50,567 nt of DNA, taken from the NCBI RefSeq assembly GCF_001194135.2, contig NC_068989.1, forward strand, positions 57,654,528 through 57,705,094, given 5' to 3'. The translations under genes were made by a program, and so were the position numbers. How positions within the stretch are numbered: position 1 is the first letter of the stretch; each line of letters begins with the position of its first letter. This DNA is from Octopus bimaculoides (taxonomy: Eukaryota). Under the pieces are notes generated by a model. The model saw only the letters and a program-made list of their open reading frames with translations. It ran no database searches and had not been told where the DNA came from. This document shows, in pieces, positions 15,053 through 26,179 of this stretch.

Positions 15053-15210
15053 CTAATCAGCGAAGGAAACAGCATCGTCAAAATCGATTGCTTTAGCAAT
15101 GTTCGGTTCAATACTTAGGCATGCTAAATCAACAAGTTGAGTTTTAGACATGGTAGACCTGGATTTTGGTGTGACTGAGTTTACTAAAGCATCTGTCTAC
15201 TGCTGCAGTT
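15053..15210 (-). mobile_element. hAT transposase C-terminal dimerisation-domain fragment
   Basis: AAVDRCFSKL / frameshift / RSTMSKTQLVDLACLSIEPNIAKAIDFDDAVSFA matches the hATC consensus ERSFSKL..LRSTM..RL..LA.LSIE....IDFD. Confidence 0.7.
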
Positions 15211-15394
15211 CACGAAGTCTGATCTCATTGAATGTGTAAATGTACTACAGGTTTCGATTCTGGTTTTCTGAAACAGTATTAAATTAAAATAGCGTATATA
15301 CGTTAAGTATGATACACAGATGACAATTTAGTTCTTCTAAAATTTGTTTTCTGCAAGAAGCATAAATTATACATTTCTCTTCGTATATTAACCC

Positions 15395-15642
15395 TTTCTT
15401 CTTCTTCTTCTTCTTCTTCTTCTTCTTCTTCTTCTTCTTCTTCTTCTTCTTCTTCTTCTTCTTCTTCTTCTTCTTCTTCTTCTTCTTCTTCTTCTTCTTC
15501 TTCTTCTTCNNNNNNNNNNNNNNNNNNNNNNNNNNNNNNNNNNNNCTTCTTCTTCTTCTTCTTCTTCTTCTTCTTCTTCTTCTTCTTCTTCTTCTTCTTC
15601 TTCTTCTTCTTCTTCTTCTTCTTCTTCTTCTTCTTCTTCTTC
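15395..15642. repeat. (TTC)n microsatellite spanning a 35-N gap
   Basis: Pure TTC run; source of the poly-R/K/E pseudo-ORFs. Confidence 0.95.
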
Positions 15643-15712
15643 TCATTCACTTTCAGATACTATGAAATATTTCCACAAGAAAATAAAATGTTCGTCCCAC
15701 CACTTTCATCTG

Positions 15713-16005
15713 GCACTCCGTCGGTTATGACGACGAGTGTTCCAGTTGGTCTGATCAACGGAACAGCCTTCTCGTGAAATTAACGTACAAGTGGCTGATC
15801 ACTCACAAGCATGCGTACCCTTAATGTAGTTCTCAAGGCAGTCAGCGTGACAAGGCTGGTCCTTTGAATTACAGCCACAACTCATTTTTATCAGTTGAGT
15901 GGACAGGGGTAACATGAAATAATATCTTGCTCAAGGACTCAATGAGCTGCTGGGAATCGAACTCACGACCTTACGATTGTGAGCCTGTATGCTTTAACAC
16001 TACTA
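15713..16005 (-). mobile_element. tRNA-headed SINE family 4 (second copy about 44368-44672 +)
   Basis: B-box-like TTCGATTCC head; 3' GATCAACTGGAACAC..GT..TAACCGACGGAGTG shared in inverted orientation with 44630-44672. Confidence 0.7.
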
Positions 16006-16729
16006 AAACATACAGGTAATCCTGCAATAATATTATCCATCAAAACCTTAAATACGGTTTTTTTTCTGAGATAAACCTCTTCAACCGTTTCTGCCATTAA
16101 TTTCTGGATGTTTGATAGCAGGTGTTTTTATCTTAACTCACACCTATACACCCAGACGACAGTTTGATTTCCATCGTAAGATCTGGTTTCATCGCTTTAG
16201 CTTCATTTTCATAACTTTTTCAAATTTTCCACGGGGATTTCTACATCCAATATGGCCTCTCTGGTTTGAATGGTGTCGTTTTAAATATCTACTGGGACCA
16301 ACACGCAGAAAATTGCGCTATCGCAGCGTGTGTTTACAGGGCACTTCCTGTCTCACATTCTAACAACACTGACGTGTCTCATGGCTTGGTTTTCTTCTCA
16401 ACTTACTTCTTTCTATTTATCAAGGACCTACTTCCCATCATGTCCATCAATGCTCACTCTCTTATGCACATAAAAATAACTTGCATACCTTCCTAATCTC
16501 CACCATACATCCATCGTCTACATGTAACCTAATAACCATATGCCAATTTGTACCGATTCCATAATCAAAGGCCTTGAAGGCATCTTCAGATAAGAACATT
16601 CCAATCTTGTCTTCAACAGAAAAAACAAAGCCCACAACATTATTCGTACGAAGAAAACAATATTGTTTCTCACCACCTCCTACTTAAACATGGGCAATAT
16701 GTCTTCCTTCTCCCGCTAGATCATCCTAC

Positions 16730-16985
16730 TAGGGCTTTACTCTCATTTGATGCAATAGTTGCGAGCTGGAAGAGGACTCGTGGTGGGCCCAGCACCTGAT
16801 GGCTAGAGGTGTTTGGGAGAGATCTCCAGAAGCTTGACGCCACCTTGGAGGATGCAGAGGGGCTGTGGCATGGAACTGCCAGCAATGGAGAGCACTGGTT
16901 GACCTGGTCAGCTCTACGCATGACGACATCTCTGAGATCACTAACCTGGGATATCCCCAGCCACATCAAGTAAGAACATGAAGCA
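16730..16985 (+). mobile_element. 3' end of a decayed RTE-clade LINE
   Basis: Translates (with a frameshift) as SWKRTRGGPST*WLEV..DLQKL..TLEDAEGL..QQWRALV, resembling the RTE C-terminal KRPRGRP..W..DL..WR pattern; CAAGTAA-type tail. Confidence 0.55.
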
Positions 16986-17679
16986 AACAAGCGCACATGT
17001 AACTAGAGCCCTCATGATTGTTCCAAATGTTAGCCTCTCTTCACGAAAGTACACCCTTAATATAGCTTGTACTGATTCTCAAAGACTGCCTCTTCTTTTA
17101 ATGACTGGAAGATATTTCAGTAGCCCACATGTCCCAGCTATCACCAGGGAGAAATAAGAGCAATAAGGCCGTATTATTATTATAAGTTGGTTCCCCATCA
17201 AGAAGGTCCTGGGGAAAAGAAAGAAAGAAAGAAAGAGCATGTGTAAAGACATTCGAGCGAGATCGTTGCCAGTGCCGCTGGACTGGCTCCTGTGCAGGTG
17301 ACACGTAAAATACACCATTTTGAGCATGGCTGTTGCCAGTACCGCCTGACTGGCCTTCGTGCCAGTGGCACGTAAAAGCACCCGCTACACTCTCGGAGTG
17401 GTTGGCGTTAGGAAGGGCATCCAGCTGTAGAAACTCTGCCAAATCAGATTGGAGCCTGGTGTAGCCATCTGGTTCACCAGTCCTCAGTCAAATCGTCCAA
17501 CCCATGCTAGCATTGAAAGCGGACGTTAAACAATGATGATGTAAGGTCCCTCGCAGCTGTTTCTAGAATAGCTAAGCATAGAGACCATATGTTATTGAGT
17601 TAAAAAAATTTCGTGTAAACCAAATATACTGTCATCGGAAAGAGAGAAATAAGAAAATATAGAAATGTGGAATATCTTC

Positions 17680-18050
17680 AATCGAGAATATTAGTAGTTA
17701 CAGTTCTTTGAGAGACCAAGGAATGTCCAGGGTAGAAGATAGATGTCTTTGATATTCCCGTGATTGAGGAGTTAATAAAATCTAGAATAAAAAATGTCAG
17801 ATAGTTGGTTGTGTTCAATAGGTGAAGTTTTGAGGAGAATCCTTGGCAAAGGAAAATGGAAGTTACTAGTTCCATTTTTAAAAAGAAAGTAAATCAAATT
17901 TGAGTTGGAAGGCCTTGTAAGAGTATATCATAGTGTGAAGAGAGATAGAGTGAGAAATGTATGAAAGTAGATAGATAGTAGACTGTATAGTGAGGGCGTA
18001 TTTGAGAAAGGAGTTAAAGGGATGTATGTGTATACACACACATATATATT

Positions 18051-18104
<54 letters not shown>

Positions 18105-20420
18105 TGCTAACACACATATACAAGTGCTCATGTACCAGTACATACACATATATGCAAAGGTGTGTATATACACATATATATACATGGATGGATAAACACA
18201 CATACGTGGCCATACATAGACACATACATATGTATGCGTATATAAATGGACATATACAGATGCACAGGCACAAACATATATATACATACACACACACACA
18301 CTCTCATATAGTCATCATATATGCGCATAGAGAGATAGAGAAAATTGAGTGAGTAGGGAAGGAATGTTTGGCGATATGGAATGAGGAACACCAGATATAC
18401 AAATACCCATTAGCCTCATTATATCTTTGACCAGCAGTGTGGTCTAGGATTATTAGATAGCCAGAGGTGTGGGGTGTGTTAAAGGGTTGTAAAAATGGTT
18501 TTATTAATAAAAGATAATGAAGTTCTCAGATGATAGAACTTAAAATAGTGAATGTGATAAGGCAAAGTGGTGGGGAGAGATTTATGGTTCAACTGGTTAT
18601 AATGTTGTTAGCTATTGAGGCAAATAATATTAAAATATTAAATTTTGAAATATTTGTGAAAAATGTATGTTTATTGAGAATAAATAAATAAAATATATAA
18701 AATTATCTCTAAGTTCCAGTAGAGTAAATGATAGAGTTTAGGGATGAAATAAATAAAATAATAAATGAATAACAAATATCATGACACTGAGTAATATGAT
18801 TTTTTTTTTCCTTGAGTAGAAACTGTTATTTCCTATTTGCTTATCCCTAGAAAGTATGAAAAATGGCTAATATTTCCTTCAAACTTTGCTGTTGTTATAT
18901 TTATTCAAACTCCAAACAATCCCTTTCAACATATGGCTATTATGCTCCTACTCCTACTCATTGTCAGCCACTAAGGGATATGCTCAAGTGGTTAAAGTAA
19001 AGGAAGTGACAAGCAAATCTGTGCTATTGAGCAGAATATTTGCTATAATGATATTTCTGCTTCAGCAACTCAGCACTGAATCTGTACGAAATGTGATATT
19101 GATGTCCAGGTCATGAAAGCAAAATTTGAAGGGAACAGAAGTCATTTCATTTGATGTCTAGATAGAAGCAAATAAGAAATGACCCTTACTGACCAAAGTA
19201 AAAACAAAAGTTAAAATTCTGTAATTGATGATTGAATAAAATAACTCGATATGTTGAGTAAAGAAATTTGTTAAGTTAATCATATACATTAATTAACTAA
19301 TGTTTAATTATAGTAGGTTTAAATAAGGTGAGGTGTGGAAAAAGAGTTAAGTGGGGATAATAAGGTACTGATCTTTAAAATGAAATAAAATAAAATATGA
19401 TAATAAGATAAATACAATAATTTGATCAAGTGATCTTATGTCGTCAAATGGCATTTGGATTAATGGAAATATATAAAGGTCTCAAGGAATCTATAACCAC
19501 GAGAAGAGAAAGATTAATGGTGTTTATTTAATAATGATGATAATGATAAAGAAAGTGTAAAACAAAAGCAAGGCAGGAAAGCTTGAAAGAAATATCGAGA
19601 CTGTGGCAAGAAAAACTATTGCATGGGTAATACCTCAAATGAGCTGGGGAAGCTGATATAGATATGAGAACTCATCAGTGGCTGCAGAGTGCTGGTTTTC
19701 CATGTAGTCTGTGTTGTTAGATATTCTTGTCTCATAAGAGATAGTCAATGCAGCTTTATTGTTGCAGTTGGTGGCGCAAACCCTATTATTGTAAATAGTA
19801 CTATTGATGTTGGTGCTAGTGTTCTCATTATTATTATTATTATTATTATAATTATTATTATTATTATTATTAGTTGTGGTTGGTGGGTTATGTCTATTAA
19901 ATTTGTGTTTATTAGATGAGGCTATAAGTGATCCCATGTTAGGTGTAGTGGAATAGGATAATTTCAGTGTAGATCAGTTAAAGATTGAGTGGTACTTATG
20001 GTGAGGTGGGAAATTAGATTTGGTAATGGCAAAGAATTGCTCTGGTAAGCCTCTAACAATTAATGAGAACCGGAGGTATACAAAAGTATGGTTCTTTCCC
20101 CACTTTTATTAGGTAATCATGAGAGCATAGAATTCAATTTCCAAGTGGCTATTTGAGATGCAACTCTATCTTCAGGATAATATTTTGTATGAGATTTTGA
20201 GGAGGGTGGCTGAATATGTTTAGTAAGTTGATATTTACGGTGTGGAGTATTGGGTTGAGTGCTCCTACTATAATCGTTGTTTTAGGGTGCATATAATTAG
20301 GATCTAATTGTCTTGGGTGGTTAAGCTTTGTATTAGACAAGAATTTTATTTTTTGTGAGAAACCACTGACATGTAGTGCTTGATTATTATAGGCGGCATG
20401 CTTATTAAACATTTCTTCAG
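17680..20420 (-). mobile_element. Possible very old L1/Tx1-like LINE remnant interrupted by microsatellites
   Basis: Weak motifs in plausible order: TIIVGALNPIL (like II.GDFN) near 20230-20270 and RT-like stretches near 18450-18600 and 17700-17870; low specificity. Confidence 0.35.
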
Positions 20421-20487
20421 ATGCAGACAGATCAGAAATTCTACTAGTCTGCTTCTCTTTTGAATATAAGAACTACCAACCAATGTA

Positions 20488-20533
<46 letters not shown>

Positions 20534-20584
20534 ATATATGTATGTGCGTGTGCGTGTGTGTGTATTTCCCTTCATAGAAAATAT

Positions 20585-20783
20585 CCTTTTCTACTCTAGG
20601 CACAAGGCCCGACATTTTTGGGGAGGGGACCAGTCGATTAGATCGACCCCAGTATGCAACTGGTACGAAAGGATGAAAGGCAAAGTCGACCTCGACGAAA
20701 TTTGAACTCAGAACGTAAAGGCAGACGAAATACCGCTAAGCATTTTGTCCGATTTGCTAATGTTTCTGCCAGCTCGCCACCTT
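20585..20783 (-). mobile_element. SINE family 2 with 16-bp TSD CCTTCATAGAAAATAT (other copies: about 22365-22522 -, 35492-35567 -, 45800-45990, 46470-46975 three degenerate +, 49640-49850 +)
   Basis: GGCGAGCTGGCAGAA..TTCTGAGTTCAAATT..GAGGTCGACTTTGCCTTTCATCC core; TSD at 20569-20584 and 20784-20799. Confidence 0.8.
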
Positions 20784-21676
20784 CCTTCATAGAAAATATT
20801 AATTTTCAATGAATGATATCAGAGTTTGCAGTGTAAGGGAGAAAATCAATTGAAAAGTTCTTTCCCTTGGTTTTGTAAAGTTGATATTCTCTTTTTTTTT
20901 TTAAATTTCATATTCTTGCTTTGTCACTATCAATAGAACAGTTCGGGCTTTCTCAGTATCGATAGAACATTTTACAAACAGTTCTTTCATTATTTTTATA
21001 CTTGCCGGCACTTCGTTAATCGAAATATTTTCCTTATTGCACGAAATGTGTCAAAAATCTTGTTGCTATTACCATGCTGCTACATGTTACCTCATGACTT
21101 ATGGTTAAAATGTTACTTCATTTCCTCTTATGAAGAACACACATTATTTCTTAAAAAACTGAAGAGAAATAACACTAATCTACAAATTACAGTAGAAAAA
21201 CTTGTTATATCTGACTATTATAATACAGACATATAATATTGTGTTTCTGTATACTGTGTAGTATAACATAATACGTGTTTGGACTTAGTAAGGGATTGTC
21301 TATATCTTAACAGTATATTCCCTTTATTTTAATGGTGTGCTTTTGAAGGATTTATGTACACTGAATAGACATTAGATGGCGTTAAATTTTTTGCCGAAGT
21401 TACGGGGACGTAAACATACCAGCATCGGTTGTCAAGCGATGTTGGTGGTGGGGACAAACACAGACACACACATATATATATATATACATATACGACGGGT
21501 TTCTTTCATTTTCCGTCTACCAAATCCACTTACAAGGCTTTGGTCGGCCCGAGGCTATAGTAGAAGACACTTGCCCAAGGTGCCACGCTGTGGGACTGAA
21601 CCCGGAACCATGTGGTTGGTAAGCAAGCTACTTACCACACAGCCATTCCGGCGCCTAAAAAAAATGTAAGTGCCTG

Positions 21677-21768
21677 CGCCCGCAGAGGGATTCGAACCCG
21701 CGACCCTCAGATTCCTTTACTCTATCATACATAAAAATCTGATGCTCTACCAACTGAGCTATGCGGGT
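21677..21768 (-). tRNA. tRNA-Lys(UUU) with 19-nt intron, variant copy A (A1:C72 mismatch, U32)
   Basis: Reverse complement gives a cloverleaf with UUU anticodon, intron TGTATGATAGAGTAAAGGA, intact A/B boxes and a T8 terminator at plus 21657-21664. Confidence 0.7.
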
Positions 21769-22144
21769 TACGACTTTGCTCATAAATATGTGACATTTTG
21801 TATTAGAAATATAGTAATACACTTGAATATTAGGCAGGTTATTTGCCATGTTGAAAATCCGTTCTTACATATTTCATTCGACGGATGCCACTGCTGTCAT
21901 TGACGCCATAATGTCCATGTTAGTTACTGACATACATATAAGACAATATTCCTATGTCAGCACATACTATATTATGACATAATACATGAGCTTAATGCTA
22001 TATTGTCTACATTTTAACAGTATATTTCCTATGTTAAAAGAGTGTGGTTTTAACAGATTTACGCTGAACAAGACAGAATAAATGACTTTTATCAGAATGT
22101 ATTTTCACAATAAAGAGTATTGGTGTATGTAATCGATCGTAACC

Positions 22145-22236
22145 GCCCGCATAGCTCAGTCGGTAGAACATCAGACTTTTACGAATAATGTAGTTGAGAG
22201 CTCTGAGGGTCGCGGGTTCGAATCCCTCTGCGGGCG
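22145..22236 (+). tRNA. tRNA-Lys(UUU) with 19-nt intron (22182-22200), copy B (C11:A24 mismatch, C38)
   Basis: GCCCGCATAGCTCAGTCGGTAGAACATCAGACTTTTA[CGAATAATGTAGTTGAGAG]CTCTGAGGGTCGCGGGTTCGAATCCCTCTGCGGGCG; T5 terminator at 22251-22255. Confidence 0.75.
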
Positions 22237-22881
22237 TAAGCGGTTTATTCTTTTTCTGTTAAAGCATTCGTTGACAGAAATTCGTTGTCTTTTAAATGAT
22301 GTAATATGCATGTGACTTTCCTCTGAACTACAATTTTGCTGTAAGGCCAGCAATTTCAACATCGACACATATGTTCAACTGGTATTTGTTTTATGGACTT
22401 CGAAACGCTAGAAACGCAAATTACACCTCGGCGGAATTTGAATTCTGTACGTAAAGACCGACGAAATGCCGCCAAGCATTTTGCCCGGCCTCCTAATGAT
22501 TCTGCCAGCTTGTCGCCTTAATCACTGAACAACAATATTGTTTCTATTATGAATATTTGATACAATAGAACAACTGCTGCAGTATTTCAACATAATATTA
22601 CCAAGTTAATACCTGACCCTCAGAGAATGAGTCAATCTAAACAAATATAATATCTATTATAACTCGGCACTCAGATTTCAACACCCGATCTTCGAATACA
22701 TCATCAATTACCATACATACATATTACCATACATCAATCACCATACATATTACAGTACATTTTCTCTATGATTATTTTCTAAAACAACAGGTCAAATTAA
22801 ACCAGAAGCTCGACGTTTGTGGGCCAAAATCTGTGAATCTCATTCAATATACTAATTCAGTTAATTCTCGTTATTTACCTT

Positions 22882-23303
22882 TGTAGTGACTTCTTATAGC
22901 AGACGACTGTTATATGTTCAATGTCCGCAGTTTTATCCACGCATGCGCAGGGACTAGTTCCGGAAGGAATACAGGAAGAGTCTCATGCGCATGCGTAGAG
23001 TTCGACACCCAGCTTTGGCGCCTTTTCTCAGTCTCTTCGTTGACTGAACTCCGTCGAGCCAAGACGTCCAACAGAGCTCTCTCACATGTCAGCACCAGAG
23101 CTTCACAAATAACCACGGAAATCATTCAGGAGGCGTCTCAGTAACCGAGGGCGACGAGCTACCGAATTCCCTCCAAGCGTGAACTGAATTCCACTGTAAA
23201 TAAATATTGTTATGTTGTTCAGAATCTGCGTTCCGTTGTTTCTTCTAGAAATTTAATGTACGGAAGCGGTGTACACCTAATGGAGTATAACCACTTCCCT
23301 ACA
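22882..23303 (+). mobile_element. Solo LTR (422 bp), probably Gypsy-type
   Basis: TGTAG...CTACA termini, 4-bp TSD CCTT (22878-22881 / 23304-23307), AATAAA at 23199-23204. Confidence 0.8.
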
Positions 23304-23821
23304 CCTTTGACTTCATTCTCTCTGTTTCTGCAGTCCTTATATATGCCAGAAACTGTTACGTTTTCGTATGAATTCATAATTCCACTCGCCTTGCACAATC
23401 AATCACTAGTGAGAATTTCACCAACGTTTGACAGAAACACTGAGTAGTTCCTATACAACACGGACGCCAAAATACTGCGGGTTTCGATTATCTCTCTTGT
23501 CTATGTTGTGACAGAGTCAATCACAATGGTTTTTCAATCATCGTTCATTTCGTTATAATTTATGCGGCAATTTTCTTCGTAAGCATGTCTCACCGTTTGG
23601 TCACCGCCATGTGTCAAAAATTTTGTTGTTAGTACCATGCCATTACATGTTAGTACCATGCTATTTAAGTCTCATGGCTTAAAGTTAGAAAGTTACTTCA
23701 TTTTTTCGTATAGAGAACATATATTATTATTGAATAGAAATAACACTAATATCTACAAATTTTACTGAAATTACAGTAGAAAAACGTGTTATATCTGCCC
23801 ATAATAATACATACATTTCTG

Positions 23822-24355
23822 CAGGGCCGGATTAAGACCCACCGAGGCCCTAAGCACTTGAAAGATTTTGGTGCCCCCATAAAAGATTATATAATTCAAA
23901 ATATAAACAATAACAATCCATAAAATAATTTTTTATTTTCAAAACGAAACAAAACAGTAAGAGGGAAAATAATGTTTATTTTTGTATACTCCCACTATAT
24001 TTATATTTGAAAAGTTTCCTCCTACTTTTTTGAATTGCAATGTCTTTGATCAAATCCTCGAAATTAATTTTAGGTAACACATCTGCATTTATACTTAGTA
24101 GAGATAAAGGATCCTGAATNNNNNNNNNNNNNNNNNNNNNNNNNNNNNNNNNNNNNNNNNNNNNNNNNNNNNNNNNNNNNNNNNNNNNNNNNNNNNNNNN
24201 NNNNNNNNNNNNNNNNNNNNNNNNNGAATATCATTTTAGCAAGTTAAAAGTGATTTCTTCTGTGCCGTAAACCATTTATCATTTCTGTGGTGCATCCTCC
24301 TTCTCTTGATGCCCTAAGCACGTGCTTATTTGACTTAATGGTTAATGCAGCGCTG
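23822..24355 (-). mobile_element. Short non-autonomous hAT-like element; a partial duplicate lies at about 25581-25885
   Basis: Ends CAGGGCCGGATTAA / TTAATGCAGCGCTG (imperfect TIR), internal GCCCTAAGCAC repeat and a hATC-like remnant LSLLSINTDVLPKINFEDLIKDIAIQKSR. It is absent from the paralogous site near 21235; no clear TSD. Confidence 0.65.
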
Positions 24356-24589
24356 AATGTATAACATGTGTGTTTCTGTATACTCAGTAGTACAGCATAA
24401 TAAGTGTTTGGACTTAGTGATGGATTGTCTATATCATAACAGTATATTTCCTTTATTTTTAACGGTGTAGTTTTAACAGATTTACACACAGTGAGCAGAC
24501 GATAGGATTAAATGATGGTATCAAAGACTTACTGTCAGAAACAATGTTATCGCTGAAGAACTACGCTTATAGCCAACACTCCCCACCCA

Positions 24590-24681
24590 CCCCGCGTACC
24601 TCAGTCGGTAGAGTATCAGCATTTCGCAATAAATATAGTAGAAGAATCTGAGGGTTGTGGGTTCGAATTTCTTTGCAAGCC
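24590..24681 (+). pseudogene. Degenerate intron-containing tRNA-Lys pseudogene, copy C
   Basis: Collinear 92-nt match to copy B including a 19-nt intron (24627-24645); acceptor, anticodon and T stems disrupted; anticodon position reads TTC. Confidence 0.7.
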
Positions 24682-25380
24682 TGAATGTATTATTTATTTT
24701 TGTTTTCTTAAAATGAATGTATTGACAGAATTGATAAAACTGCTTCGCGTTATCATACAACTCGTGCATGACTTCAAACACACATACCATAGGTAAACAT
24801 AAATACATAAGTAATTACATCTTCAGTCATTAGAAAACGCGGAGTACCGACTTGTTGAAAGAATTGCGGCAACACAAAGATCTGCTCTTTATAAAACAAA
24901 ATTTATGTACCGTAAATATTATAAGTGTAAACATGAGCCATTCTCACTCTCTCGTCTCTTCTACATTCACTTTGCTCATAAATATGGGACATTTTGTATT
25001 AGAAATATAGTAATACACTTGCGTAATGAACAATGAATGTAAGGTGCATGTGGAGAGGTTATTTGCCATGTTGAAAACCCGTTAATACATGTTTTGTTTG
25101 ACAGATGCCACTGCTGTCATTGAGTGAGTCATTGACACCATAATGTCCATGTTAGTTACTGTCATACATATAAGACAATATTCCTATGTCAGCACATGCT
25201 ATATTATGGCATAATACATGGCTGAGCTTAATGCTATATTGTCTACATTTTAACAGTATATTTCCTATGTTATAAAAGTGTGGTTTTAACAGATTTACGC
25301 TGAACAAGACAGAATAAATTACTTTTATCAGAATGTATTTTCACAATAAAGAGTATTGGTGCATGTGATCGATCGTAGCC

Positions 25381-25472
25381 GCCCGCATAGATCAGTCGGT
25401 AGAACATCAGACTTTTACGAGTAATATAGTGGAGAAATCTGAGGGTCGCGGGTTCGAATCACTCTGCGGGCG
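25381..25472 (+). pseudogene. tRNA-Lys(UUU) copy D, 19-nt intron (25418-25436), probable pseudogene
   Basis: Paralog of copy B with extra lesions A11 (D-stem) and A62 (T-stem/B box). Confidence 0.65.
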
Positions 25473-26116
25473 TAAGCGATTTATTCCTTTTCTGCTAATG
25501 CATTTGTTGACAGAAATTCCTTATGTCTTTTAAATGATGTAATATGCATGTGACTTTCCTCTGAACTACAATTTTGCTTTCAAAACAAAACAGTAAGAAG
25601 GAAAATAATGTTTATTTTTGTATACTCCCATTATATTTATATTTGAAAAGTTTCCTCCTACTTTTTTGAATTGCAATGTCTTTGATCAAATCCTCGAAAT
25701 TAATTTTAGGTAATACATCTGTATTTATACTGAGTAGAGATAAAGGCATCCTGAATATCATTTTAACAAGTTTAAAATGATTTCTTCTGTGCCGTAAACC
25801 ATTTACCATTTCTGTGGTGCATCCTCCTTCTCTTGATGCCCTAAGCACGTGCTTATTTGACTTAATGGTTAACCCAGCGCTGAATGTATAACATATGTGT
25901 TTCTGTATACTCAGTAGTATAGCATGATACTTGTTTGGACTTAGTGATGGATTGTCTATATCATAACAGTATATTTCCTTTATTTTTAACGGTGTAGTTT
26001 TAACAGATTTACACACAGTGAGCAGACGATAGGATTAAATGATGGTATCAAAGACTTACTGTCAGAAACAATGTTATCGCTGAAGAACTACGCTTATAGC
26101 CAACACTCCCCACCCA

Positions 26117-26179
26117 CCCCGCGTACCCCAGTCAGTAGAGTATCAGCATTTCGCAGTAAATATAGTAGAAGAATCTGAG
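26117..26179 (+). pseudogene. 3'-truncated duplicate of tRNA pseudogene C (copy E)
   Basis: Near-identical to 24590-24652, then breaks off after ATCTGAG. Confidence 0.7.

Noticed and set aside
15284-15650. Poly-Arg/Lys and poly-Lys/Glu ORFs resembling protamine-like or charged proteins
   Set aside because: Pure (GAA)n repeat spanning a gap
24621-24626. TTC at the anticodon position of copy C, suggesting a Lys-to-Glu anticodon switch
   Set aside because: Acceptor, anticodon and T stems are all broken, so this is decay rather than recoding
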